Shown here piece by piece: positions 1 to 9,252 of a stretch of DNA of 64,000 bases. Below the pieces are notes generated by a model. It did not search any database, was not told the DNA's origin, and was given only the letters and a program-made list of their open reading frames with translations. This DNA is from Candidatus Poriferihabitaceae bacterium. Lineage in GTDB: Bacteria; Pseudomonadota; Gammaproteobacteria; Arenicellales; Poriferihabitantaceae. The stretch covers positions 641,685-705,684 of the forward strand of contig OZ245025.1 in the NCBI GenBank assembly GCA_965223465.1. Direction: 5' to 3'. How positions within the stretch are numbered: the first letter of the stretch is position 1; every line of letters starts with the position of its first letter. The position numbers were made by a program, and so were the translations under genes.

Positions 1-143
1 TCCTTGAATATGGGCCCTAACAAGAATGGGCGCCATGCAATTTGCACACGTCTTGTTGCAGCAAGTGCTTCGATGCGCATTGCCGCAGGGTAAGAGTAGG
101 TGCTGGCAAACTCGAACCAAAAATCAATTTTCAGCTCACCCAT
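1..143 (-). CDS. 2-hydroxychromene-2-carboxylate isomerase / DsbA-like thioredoxin-fold protein, N-terminal part only (runs off the window start)
   Basis: Minus-strand ATG at 143-141 gives MGELKIDFWFEFASTYSYPAAMRIEALAATRRVQIAWRPFLLGPIFK..., open to the window edge. The IDFWF-F-S-YSY ... WRPFLLG pattern is typical of this family. It is absent from the ORF track because there is no stop in the window. Confidence 0.5.
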   Translation of the reverse strand, partial: MGELKIDFWFEFASTYSYPAAMRIEALAATRRVQIAWRPFLLGPIFK

Positions 144-179
144 TAGCGTATGGCGTAATTCAGACTACCAAGCTTTATG

Positions 180-2909
180 TTATGGGTCTTTGCACTCGGA
201 CGCTTCCCGTAATGCGGCTTGTGCAGCTGCCAGGCGAGCAATCGGTACACGAAAGGGTGAACAACTTACATAGTTAAGCTTGAGCTTATGGCAAATAGCG
301 ATAGATTTGGGATCGCCGCCATGTTCACCACAGATACCCACCTCCAGGTCAGGCCGAGTCTTGCGGCCTAAATCCACACCGATTCCCATTAGCTTGGCCA
401 AGCCCTTTTCGTCAATACTCTCGAACGGGTTTTCCGGCAGGATGCCTTTTTGAATGTACTGTGCCAAGAAGCCTTTCTCCGCGTCGTCCCGGCTAATGCC
501 GAACACGGTCTGCGTGAGGTCATTCGTTCCAAAGGAGAAGAATTCCGCATATTCGGCAATTTCATCAGCAGTTAGTGCGGCGCGCGGCAACTCAATCATG
601 GTGCCAAATTTGTAATTGATGTCGATGCCTTGTTCCTGCATGATCTCTTTAGCGACGGTTTCCAATTCGGTGCGTTTTAATTTCAATTCGTTTACATGGC
701 AAGCCAGCGGGATCATCACTTCAGGTTTGACATCGATACCTTCTTTGGCAACTTGGCATGCGGCTTCGAATATAGCCCGGACTTGCATCTGCGTAAGCTC
801 CGGCATGGTAATACTCAAGCGAACACCACGGGTGCCGAGCATCGGGTTGGATTCGTGGATTGCTTCGACCCGCTTTAACACGTAGGCTTCACCCTCAATT
901 TTTTGCAATAAATCATCTACTTCTTGCAAATTGTTGGCGCCCAGCAAGCGGATTTTCTGATCGGTTAATCGTTGCATCAAGTCTTCATGGCCAGGCAGGA
1001 ACTCGTGCAAAGGTGGGTCGATCAGGCGAATGATAACGGGATATCCCTCCATCGCTCGAAACAGGCCCGCGAAATCCTGGCGTTGAAAGGGGAGCAAATC
1101 GTTCAGGCAGTCACGGCGTACCGTAGCCGAATCTGTCATAATCATACGCTGCACAATCGGTAGGCGCTCGCTTTCAAAAAACATATGCTCGGTACGGCAC
1201 AGACCAATCCCTCGCGCGCCGTATTCGCGGGCGCGGGCGGCGTCTTCTGGATAGTCAGAATTTGCCCACACATCCAGATGTCGAAACTCATCTGCCCAGG
1301 ATAAAAGCTTAATCAACCAAGGATCGGAAAGATCAGGTACCATGGTTTCGAGCTGGCCCAGATAGACATCACCACTGGTGCCATCAAGGGATATCCACTC
1401 GCCTTCGGAAATGGTTTCACCAGCCACTGCAATACGTCGCTGGTTCATATCTATTTTTAGTTCGGCAACACCGACTACCGCGGGTTTGCCAAACTGCCGT
1501 GCGACTAATGCAGCGTGGCTGGTACGGCCTCCGCGACTGGTTAAAATACCTTGTGATGCCAACATGCCATGGACATCATCTGGTTTGGTTTCGGGCCGTA
1601 CCATAATGACTTTTTTACCTTCTTTAGACCACTCCTCAGCGAGGTTAGCATCCATGGCAACCACACCCACTGCTGCACCAGGAGAGACATTCAAACCCGC
1701 AGCCAACAACCGTGCACTGCTCTTCGCCTTAACTGGGAATTGCGGATGCAAAAAGAAATCAATCTGCTCCGGGCTGACTTTTAACACGGCTTCTTCTCGG
1801 GAAATCAGCCCTTCTTCTGCTTGATCAACCGCGATTCGAACAGCAGCTTGCGCGGTGCGTTTACCATCACGGGTTTGTAGCATCCATAATTTGCCACGCT
1901 CGACAGTAAACTCAACGTCTTGCATTTCTCGATAATGCTGCTCGAGTTTTAGCGTGATTTCTTTAAATTCAGCCCATATCTCGGGCATATCGTCTTTAAG
2001 CTTGCTCACGCGCTCGGTCACGCGCGTGCCAGCGACCACATCCTCGCCCTGAGCGTTGAGCAGATAGTCACCTTCAATTTGATTTTCACCCGTGGTAGCG
2101 TCACGCGTGGTAGCCACGCCGGTGGCACTACCTGCACCCATATTACCAAACACCATGGTTTGAATATTCACGCCGGTGCCTAAATCATGCGCAATACCGG
2201 CAGCGTTTCGGTAGTCAATGGCACGCTTGCCATTCCATGATTTGAATACTGCTTCGGTAGCAAGACGCAATTGTTGGACCGGATCTTCGGGGAAATCAAT
2301 ACGGTTATAGCGTTGAAAAATAGTTTTGAATTCTTCCGCAATGGCTTGCCAATCAGCGGCGGTGAGATCCGCGTCACTATTTACCTTGCGTTGTTTGCGA
2401 TAGTGGGTAATGACTTCCTCAAAAGGCTCGTCTGGCACACCCATCACAACCGAACCATACATTTGAATCAGGCGTCGATAAGAATCGTAGACAAATCGCG
2501 CATCATTGGTTGCTTTGATCATGCCTTTGACGGTTTCCTGATTCAAACCAATGTTCAGTACGGTATCCATCATGCCGGGCATGGAGAATTTGCCACCAGA
2601 TCGACATGAGACCAACAACGGGTTTTTCGGATCACCGAAGGTCTTACCCGTCTGTTGCTCAACTGCTTTCATCGCCTCTAGCTCTTGTTCCCACATTCCG
2701 GGTGGGAATTCTTCGTGATTGTCCAGATAAGCGTTGCAGGCCTCGGTAGTGACGGTAAAACCTGGAGGTACCGGCACACCTAAGCGAGTCATGTCACCCA
2801 GATTAGCACCTTTACCGCCAAGTAGACTTCGAACCGCCTCCCATTCGCCATTTTTATATTCTTCAGCCTGATCGATCTCATTGAAAAGATATACCCACTT
2901 GCTTTTCAT
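180..2909 (-). CDS. ppdK: pyruvate, phosphate dikinase
   Basis: 909-aa ORF. The N-terminus (GGKGANLGDMTRLGVPVPPGFTVTTEAC), the central phosphohistidine region (GGRTSHAALVARQFGKPAV) and the C-terminal PEP-utilising TIM barrel (FFSFGTNDLTQ) are all PPDK hallmarks. Confidence 0.95.
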   Translation of the reverse strand: MKSKWVYLFNEIDQAEEYKNGEWEAVRSLLGGKGANLGDMTRLGVPVPPGFTVTTEACNAYLDNHEEFPPGMWEQELEAMKAVEQQTGKTFGDPKNPLLVSCRSGGKFSMPGMMDTVLNIGLNQETVKGMIKATNDARFVYDSYRRLIQMYGSVVMGVPDEPFEEVITHYRKQRKVNSDADLTAADWQAIAEEFKTIFQRYNRIDFPEDPVQQLRLATEAVFKSWNGKRAIDYRNAAGIAHDLGTGVNIQTMVFGNMGAGSATGVATTRDATTGENQIEGDYLLNAQGEDVVAGTRVTERVSKLKDDMPEIWAEFKEITLKLEQHYREMQDVEFTVERGKLWMLQTRDGKRTAQAAVRIAVDQAEEGLISREEAVLKVSPEQIDFFLHPQFPVKAKSSARLLAAGLNVSPGAAVGVVAMDANLAEEWSKEGKKVIMVRPETKPDDVHGMLASQGILTSRGGRTSHAALVARQFGKPAVVGVAELKIDMNQRRIAVAGETISEGEWISLDGTSGDVYLGQLETMVPDLSDPWLIKLLSWADEFRHLDVWANSDYPEDAARAREYGARGIGLCRTEHMFFESERLPIVQRMIMTDSATVRRDCLNDLLPFQRQDFAGLFRAMEGYPVIIRLIDPPLHEFLPGHEDLMQRLTDQKIRLLGANNLQEVDDLLQKIEGEAYVLKRVEAIHESNPMLGTRGVRLSITMPELTQMQVRAIFEAACQVAKEGIDVKPEVMIPLACHVNELKLKRTELETVAKEIMQEQGIDINYKFGTMIELPRAALTADEIAEYAEFFSFGTNDLTQTVFGISRDDAEKGFLAQYIQKGILPENPFESIDEKGLAKLMGIGVDLGRKTRPDLEVGICGEHGGDPKSIAICHKLKLNYVSCSPFRVPIARLAAAQAALREASECKDP

Positions 2910-3365
2910 CAGTAGATTCCTCCTATTTTCTAAATTAGATTATTTTTATGACGCAATAAAAGCAATTTACCACGAGATGCCTCCATGATGCACTAAAAAA
3001 AAGGTTGATCGAAAACACTGGGCATACAAGATGGCTGGTAGTCCTTTTATTGGCCATTCTGAAAACCGTTCTAGTAAATATAAAGAGGCTGAGTACGAAC
3101 AAAATTTGTTACTTTTGTAATATAGGGATTACGCAAAATAACAACGCTAAACGGGTTAAAATCTCTTCCCGAGAAGGGGCCTATACCAACGCGATTGTAG
3201 GTACCCGTCACTAAGTAATAGGTTGATTCTACATCTTTGGTTAAATTCAACCAGTGATGGGTTGATTAGGGGTAAAATTTTTATATCGGGGAATAGGTTT
3301 TCTATGTTCGACGCCCGAGCAATTTAAGGATACTCTTCGGCCTCAAAATTTTGAGGATAATTTCA

Positions 3366-4217
3366 ATGTTCATGAGCAACCCTTTTGCAGAGCTTTCGGC
3401 GTTTATATCACCTGCAGTCATGCAGGGTTATGTCGTTCTGATGTTCTTACTGGTAGTCGGTGGAACCGTACTCGACATGATGCATAAAAAGAGTGCCAAG
3501 TACTTTTTTGAAAATGCGGAAAAAGCCAAGAAAAGCGCCAAACGCACCGTGAGCGGGGGAGAGAAAGCTTCGCTCGCTGTATCAACACTCGCAAACGAAG
3601 TATTAACTTCATCAGAATTCAATAATCAAAAGCGTCGGGTTTCACATCTGTTGACCATGTATGGCTTCATAATATTCGTTGTTACGACTGCCATTATGAT
3701 TTTCAGCTACCCAACACCAGCAACCCCAACACCTGCCATTTGGCCACTTCTTTGGCATTTAGGTGCGTTAATGCTGTGCGTAGGTGGATACTGGTTCTGG
3801 TTCGCTATCCGGGTGGATGTGAATTCAGAAGGTAAGAAATGGTATAAACTGGATCGCGCAGACCTGTTTATTGTTTCACTTCTTATGACCTGCACCTTTG
3901 CGCTTATCTGGTCATTTTTTCAATCTGTGGGTGCGAGCGGTTTAAGCATGCTAGCCTTTTGTCTGTTTATCCTGGCCAGTACCGTTTTATTCGCTGGTGT
4001 GTACTTTTCGAAATTCGCACACATGTTTTTCAAGCCGGCTGCGGCTTACCAGAAAAAAGTCACTCGGGCAGATGGTTCAAGAGAGAATCTACCCGCTGAT
4101 TTCGATCTCAGTGATCCAGAGGTGCATGCAAAGTTTCCTGATATCCCACAATATATGGGCAAAAACCCACCCTACATGGGGCTTGGTATCAAACGTGAGT
4201 CACCAAACCACTACTAA
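3366..4217 (+). CDS. aprM: adenylylsulfate reductase membrane anchor (AprM-like, about 5 TM helices)
   Basis: Integral membrane ORF lying directly upstream of aprBA on the same strand, which is the aprMBA arrangement of sulfur oxidisers. Five hydrophobic segments are visible. The track start at 3351 is TTG; I prefer ATG at 3366, which has GAGGA 8 nt upstream. Confidence 0.7.
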   Translation: MFMSNPFAELSAFISPAVMQGYVVLMFLLVVGGTVLDMMHKKSAKYFFENAEKAKKSAKRTVSGGEKASLAVSTLANEVLTSSEFNNQKRRVSHLLTMYGFIIFVVTTAIMIFSYPTPATPTPAIWPLLWHLGALMLCVGGYWFWFAIRVDVNSEGKKWYKLDRADLFIVSLLMTCTFALIWSFFQSVGASGLSMLAFCLFILASTVLFAGVYFSKFAHMFFKPAAAYQKKVTRADGSRENLPADFDLSDPEVHAKFPDIPQYMGKNPPYMGLGIKRESPNHY

Positions 4218-4254
4218 CATTAATTTAATTATTACTTAATAAAGAGAGAATATT

Positions 4255-4737
4255 ATGCCAACTTTTGTATATATGACTCGTTGTGATGGTTGTGGGCAGT
4301 GTGTTGATATCTGCCCCTCCGACATCATGCACATCGATAAGACCCTCCGTCGTGCTTATAACATTGAACCGAATATGTGCTGGGAGTGTTATTCCTGTGT
4401 AAAGGCTTGCCCACATCACGCGATTGATGTACGCGGCTATGCAGATTTCGCTCCACTAGGCCACTCGGTACGCGTAATTCGTGATGAGGAAAAAGGCACC
4501 ATTGCGTGGCGTATCAAGTTCCGCAACGGTAAAAAAGATATGGATCTTTTAGCGCCGATTACGACAAAGCCCTGGGGTACGGGTTATCCTGATCTCGCTA
4601 ACGAGGCTGCGCCTAACGCAGAGATGCGTGACAGCGAGTTATTGTTTAACGAACCCAAGTATGTCCGTATGGATGACGGCGATTTACATACGCTGGAATC
4701 AAATGGCTTGGAAATTAAAGAAGGGGTTTACTACTAA
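4255..4737 (+). CDS. aprB: adenylylsulfate (APS) reductase beta subunit, [4Fe-4S] ferredoxin-like
   Basis: MPTFVYMTRCDGCGQCVDICPSDIMHID...CWECYSCVKACPHHAI carries two Cys clusters and an AprB-type tail. The stop overlaps the aprA start (TAATG). Confidence 0.95.
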   Translation: MPTFVYMTRCDGCGQCVDICPSDIMHIDKTLRRAYNIEPNMCWECYSCVKACPHHAIDVRGYADFAPLGHSVRVIRDEEKGTIAWRIKFRNGKKDMDLLAPITTKPWGTGYPDLANEAAPNAEMRDSELLFNEPKYVRMDDGDLHTLESNGLEIKEGVYY

Positions 4738-6644
4738 TGGGCTACAAGACAATTATTGAAGACGATATTGATATCCTCGTAGCAGGGGCGGGCCTGGGTG
4801 GTACCGGTGCAGCCTTTGAAGCAAGATATTGGGGAAAAGACAAAAAAATCGTTATTGCTGAAAAAGCAAACATTGATCGTTCTGGTGCGGTCGCCCAGGG
4901 TCTGTATGCGATCAACTGTTACATGGGTACACGTTTCGGCGAAAATAATCCTGAAGATCACGTACGCTATGCGCGTATCGATTTAATGGGTATGGTTCGT
5001 GAAGATTTGGCGTTTGATATGGCACGCCACGTGGATTCGGCGGTACACCAGTTTGAAGAATGGGGTCTGCCTATCATGCGCAACGAAAAGACCGGCACTT
5101 ACCTGCGGGAAGGGCGTTGGCAAATCATGATTCACGGCGAGTCGTACAAGCCGATAGTGGCTGAAGCGGCTAAAAAATCCGCTGATAAGGTATTCAACCG
5201 AATTTGTGTCACCCATCTGCTGATGGATGAATCCAAAGAAAACCGCGTCGCGGGTGCCGTTGGTTTCAACGTGCGAACGGGTAACTACCATGTGTTTAAA
5301 TCCAAGACGGTTATCTGTGGTGCTGGTGGTGCGTCTAACATCTTTAAACCACGGTCGGTCGGTGAAGGTGCCGGTCGGGTCTGGTACGCACCATGGTCAT
5401 CCGGTTCTGCTTATGGTCTGATGATTGAAGCCGGTGCAAAGATGACACAAATGGAAAACCGCATCGTACTGGCGCGCTTTAAAGATGGATACGGCCCGGT
5501 AGGCGCATACTTCTTGCACCTCAAGACGTATACCCAAAACTGTAATGGCGAAGAATACGAATCAAAATGGTTCCCTGCCTTACAAGAAATGGTGGGTATA
5601 GAATATCTGGACCCAGAAGCGTCTCACGCGACGCACCGTCCAATCCCAACCTGTTTGCGTAACCACGCCATCATCCATGAAGTGAATGCGGGTCGTGGTC
5701 CTATCCACATGGTTACGATGGAAGCTTTTCAGGACCCTCATCTCGAAGAGATTGGCTGGCATAACTTTCTGGGTATGACCGTTGGTCAGGCCGTGTTATG
5801 GGCAGCAACAGACGTTGATCCGAAATACGAAAACCCAGAGCTGACGACATCTGAGCCTTATGTAATGGGTTCACACGCTACCGGTTGTGGTGCATGGTGT
5901 TCTGGTCCTGAGGATGTCTCTCCGGATGAGTATTTCTGGGGTTATAACCGCATGACGACCATTGAAGGTCTGTTTGGTGCTGGTGATGCGGTCGGTGGTA
6001 CACCCCACGCATTCTCATCTGGTTCATTCACAGAAGGTCGTCTGGCGGCCAAAGCAGCTTGTAAGTATATCGACGATGGTAAGGCGGAAGGCATTCGTGT
6101 CACTGATGCGCAGATTGATCGCCGCAGGGAAGAGATTTACAAGCCGCTGGAAACTTACACAGTATATCGCAACGAGATCGTTGCTGGGTCGGTGAATCCA
6201 AACTACATCAACCCCAAACAAGGTCTTGATCGTTTGCAGAAACTGATGGATGAGTACTGTGGTGGTTTTGGTGTGAACTACATGACCAACGATAAGTTGC
6301 TCCAAATTGGTCTTCGTAAGTTGAAGACTTTTGAAGAAGATCTGGAGAATATCGCGGCTGAGGATATCCACGAGCTGTTGCGCGCATGGGAGCTAAAGCA
6401 CCGTTTTCTGACGTCCGAAAGCGTGTTCCACCATACTCTGTTCCGTAAGGAAACGCGTTGGCCTGGTTACTACTATCGGGGTGATGCGATGAAGTTGGAT
6501 GATGAGAACTGGCATGTGTTAACCGTTTCTCGTCGCGATCCTAATACCGGTGAGTACACGATGGAAAAAGCGCCTCTGTATCACCTTGTCGGTGACATCG
6601 AGGACAAAGACTTGGCCAAGCTGAAAGCAGAAGGTCATCACTAA
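4737..6644 (+). CDS. aprA: adenylylsulfate (APS) reductase alpha subunit, FAD flavoprotein
   Basis: 635-aa ORF with an N-terminal FAD fold (DILVAGAGLGGTGAA). The fumarate-reductase-like AprA sequence runs throughout, and the gene is translationally coupled to aprB. Confidence 0.95.
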   Translation: MGYKTIIEDDIDILVAGAGLGGTGAAFEARYWGKDKKIVIAEKANIDRSGAVAQGLYAINCYMGTRFGENNPEDHVRYARIDLMGMVREDLAFDMARHVDSAVHQFEEWGLPIMRNEKTGTYLREGRWQIMIHGESYKPIVAEAAKKSADKVFNRICVTHLLMDESKENRVAGAVGFNVRTGNYHVFKSKTVICGAGGASNIFKPRSVGEGAGRVWYAPWSSGSAYGLMIEAGAKMTQMENRIVLARFKDGYGPVGAYFLHLKTYTQNCNGEEYESKWFPALQEMVGIEYLDPEASHATHRPIPTCLRNHAIIHEVNAGRGPIHMVTMEAFQDPHLEEIGWHNFLGMTVGQAVLWAATDVDPKYENPELTTSEPYVMGSHATGCGAWCSGPEDVSPDEYFWGYNRMTTIEGLFGAGDAVGGTPHAFSSGSFTEGRLAAKAACKYIDDGKAEGIRVTDAQIDRRREEIYKPLETYTVYRNEIVAGSVNPNYINPKQGLDRLQKLMDEYCGGFGVNYMTNDKLLQIGLRKLKTFEEDLENIAAEDIHELLRAWELKHRFLTSESVFHHTLFRKETRWPGYYYRGDAMKLDDENWHVLTVSRRDPNTGEYTMEKAPLYHLVGDIEDKDLAKLKAEGHH

Positions 6645-6697
6645 GTAAATAGTGGCCTGATTTAATTCAGGCCAGCAAACCTATTTGCGCTTATAAA

Positions 6698-6728
6698 GGG
6701 CCGACATAGTTTGTGTTGGTCCTTTTTT
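6698..6728 (+). terminator. putative rho-independent terminator after aprA
   Basis: GGGCCGACAtagtttgTGTTGGTCC hairpin (with G-U pairs) followed by TTTTTT. A second hairpin, GGCCTGAtttaaTTCAGGCC, lies just upstream at about 6653-6674. Confidence 0.5.
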
Positions 6729-6829
6729 CGTATCCTCCTTGATCGATCGTTAGATTGGTTCAGGGACTTGCTTTAACGTGTTTTAGATCATATATAAAAG
6801 AACATTTTGTATTTTACTGAGATTACTAG

Positions 6830-7180
6830 ATGAACATTATTGAGCACACAGACGAAGAAATTTTGGAGCATGCCCATCCAATGTGGGCAGATTTAGTTAA
6901 GTACTCAAATGAAGGGAATTACGGCGCGTTCACCCGTAACTTCTCGTCTTCGTTTATTAAGGGTGCGAATGAAATTGAAATGGGGAAGCAATTTGCCAGA
7001 AGTGACCTAGCAAAAAATCTATCAGAAGATTATTCTTATCTCGGCATGATACGTCGTGGTGAATACGTCACCGTGCTTTATAAAGTAATCAACAAAAAAG
7101 ATAATGGTGAATGGTTGGGTAGACTGGTGCTCGGCTATGAAAAAGAGCGGGTTCGAATTTTTGGTGCCACTTTATTCTAA
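6830..7180 (+). CDS. hypothetical protein (116 aa), no family recognised
   Basis: Clean ORF on the same strand, downstream of the aprA terminator-like hairpins. I recognised no motif. Confidence 0.45.
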   Translation: MNIIEHTDEEILEHAHPMWADLVKYSNEGNYGAFTRNFSSSFIKGANEIEMGKQFARSDLAKNLSEDYSYLGMIRRGEYVTVLYKVINKKDNGEWLGRLVLGYEKERVRIFGATLF

Positions 7181-7241
7181 AATTGTTTGTGCTTATCGTA
7201 TACACGGCGTGGATAAAGTCACCTAAATAGATTTACTAGAA

Positions 7242-7751
7242 ATGTCAGATACAATTGAAGACCAAAAGTTTGTCGAACTAAATTATAAAGTCATCGACGA
7301 TAAGACTGGTAGCGTACTGGTGACGGTTGATTATCCTCTGGGCTATGTTCACGGTGTCAATGATGTGATGTCAGAAGACGTCACCAAACATCTGTATGGC
7401 AAAAAAGCTGGTGATGTTATTGAAGTGCCGGTTGACACCAAATTGCTGTATGGAGAGCGAGACGAATCACTGGTGTTTACCGATCGTATCGAAAATGTTC
7501 CCAAGGAATATCGCGAAATCGGCATGACCATCACCATGGAAAATGAAAAGGGCGAACCTAAAAATTTTATCGTTACGCGTATGGATGACAAGACTTTAAC
7601 CGTTGATGGCAATAATCCACTGTGTGGCAGGGAGGTTACGTTTAAGTTAACGGTATTGTCGATACGTGATGCCACCGACGAAGAAATTGATCTGGGTGGG
7701 GCAGTGGGTGCTGATCCTGAACTGAATGAAATACTCGAACGCGCCGAATGA
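7242..7751 (+). CDS. FKBP-type peptidyl-prolyl cis-trans isomerase (SlyD/FkpB-like)
   Basis: The sequence VELNYKVIDDKTG...DYPLGYVHG...PLCGREVTFKLTVLSIRDATDEEI has the split FKBP fold with an insert-in-flap region typical of SlyD-like PPIases. Confidence 0.8.
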   Translation: MSDTIEDQKFVELNYKVIDDKTGSVLVTVDYPLGYVHGVNDVMSEDVTKHLYGKKAGDVIEVPVDTKLLYGERDESLVFTDRIENVPKEYREIGMTITMENEKGEPKNFIVTRMDDKTLTVDGNNPLCGREVTFKLTVLSIRDATDEEIDLGGAVGADPELNEILERAE

Positions 7752-8781
7752 AGTTTTCCCAATGAACTACAGCGAGCCCTACCTGTTTTATCCGGACAAC
7801 CGAGTGCTTGAACGGGCCATAGCAGCGTCACTCGGCCTGCTCAATGAGGAGACGGCAGCATTGGCTGCCCCGGATACCACAGTAACGGTTGCTGATAATT
7901 TTATTCATACGCGCGGTCATTTCGAACAGCAGCATTTTAGTGCCAATATTCTGGAACCTTTGACTGAGGCACTTGAGGCATCGCTAACTGACGAGTATCG
8001 TAATCAGGCACCACTTGCCTGGGCTGAGCGGCAAAATCATCTGGGTAATATACTTAGCGCACTGAGCCAGCAACAAAGTAATGCTGCGCTGTATGAAAAG
8101 GCGATTACGTGCTTTAACCATGCGCTTGAAGTAGTGACCCAGGAAAACGCTCCAAATGAATGGGCTACCACCCAAACGAGTCTTGGTGCCGCATTACAGG
8201 CGCTGGGCAGACAAGAGTCTGATTCAAAACGTTTAAATAGTGCGGTTGATGCCTATACTGAGGCCTTGCTGGAATGGTCTCGTAAAGAAACCCCAGAAGA
8301 GTGGGCGCTAACCATGCATCAGCTGGGGGCGACTTTCCACGCCTATGGGAAATTACTGAAAGGTAACCGCATGTTTCAAAAATCGGTGGTTGCCTATAAA
8401 AATGCACTCGCAGAATTCGATGCGGACAACCACGCATTCGAATTAGTCGCTACCCACAATAATTGTGGTGCGGTACTGCAGAATTTGGCCGAATCGGAAG
8501 AGAGTCTAGACCGCCTGGAAGAGGCAATGAGGTCATACGAAACCGCGTTAACCGTGTGTATGGAACAGCAACTGCCCATTCATTTGGCGGTACTATGCAG
8601 GGTTAACCGATCTACAGCGCGAAGCGTACTGGCTGAATTAAGAAAAGACACCGGCTTGGCTGAAGAAGCGGCTGATGAGTTCGAAATAATTGTTGAATGT
8701 TTTCCGCACGCGCTTCAACCACTTTGTTTGAAGCATTGTGAGGCGCAATTAAATAAAGCAAGGGGGGCTAACTACGGTTAA
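7726..8781 (+). CDS. TPR-like repeat protein
   Basis: A repeating unit of about 40 aa (W..TQ..LG.AL..LG....RL..AV.AY..AL) occurs several times. The start is ambiguous: ATG at 7726 overlaps the upstream gene by 26 nt, and the alternative is ATG at 7762. Confidence 0.6.
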   Translation: MKYSNAPNEVFPMNYSEPYLFYPDNRVLERAIAASLGLLNEETAALAAPDTTVTVADNFIHTRGHFEQQHFSANILEPLTEALEASLTDEYRNQAPLAWAERQNHLGNILSALSQQQSNAALYEKAITCFNHALEVVTQENAPNEWATTQTSLGAALQALGRQESDSKRLNSAVDAYTEALLEWSRKETPEEWALTMHQLGATFHAYGKLLKGNRMFQKSVVAYKNALAEFDADNHAFELVATHNNCGAVLQNLAESEESLDRLEEAMRSYETALTVCMEQQLPIHLAVLCRVNRSTARSVLAELRKDTGLAEEAADEFEIIVECFPHALQPLCLKHCEAQLNKARGANYG

Positions 8782-8913
8782 CCTCGGGAGAAGATTCACC
8801 AAGCATAAAGCAACAACTCGCACGAAAGAATTTATTACACACGTCAGTTAACTGGGAGGGGCTGGCAACTCTGTTAATATGCCTCCCGTTTTAACCAATT
8901 AGGAGTTACGATT

Positions 8914-9075
8914 ATGAGTGATGCACCAAAAACCCGGCCCAAGGTTCCCGAGGGCGAGTCTCGTTTTCTGAAAACCCGTCAGAAAAAAGCCGATGATAAC
9001 GGCTACGTCGGCTATGAAACGATCTGGGAACCTTTCCAAAAAGAAGTTCCATACAGCACGCCCAAGAAACCCTAA
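8914..9075 (+). CDS. possible small protein (53 aa, basic), unannotated in the ORF track
   Basis: ATG at 8914 has AGGAG 9 nt upstream. The product is MSDAPKTRPKVPEGESRFLKTRQKKADDNGYVGYETIWEPFQKEVPYSTPKKP*, and a GC hairpin follows. It falls below the track's 60-aa cutoff, and no family was recognised. Confidence 0.3.
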   Translation: MSDAPKTRPKVPEGESRFLKTRQKKADDNGYVGYETIWEPFQKEVPYSTPKKP

Positions 9076-9083
9076 AGTCAGTA

Positions 9084-9111
9084 GCCGCGCGTGCCTGTTC
9101 GGTCGCGCGGC
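9084..9111 (+). terminator. GC-rich hairpin (terminator-like, weak T tract)
   Basis: GCCGCGCG-12 nt-CGCGCGGC sits directly after the small ORF. There is no strong U-run, so the function is uncertain. Confidence 0.3.
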
Positions 9112-9252
9112 CACGATTATTCAATTAGCTTATCAGGTAGACGCTTTTTGGCGTTTGATGCTTGATGTGTGGCATACTGAAAGAATAATTGTCTTTTTAT
9201 ATCAAAAGGATATGGTATAAATATCTAGAAATATCTCACGACAGTTCTCGGC

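Noticed and set aside
8899-9124. Two overlapping minus-strand ORFs of 70-71 aa.
   Set aside because: They overlap each other in different frames and have no RBS and no recognisable motifs. The plus-strand 53-codon ORF with AGGAG is a better, though still weak, explanation.
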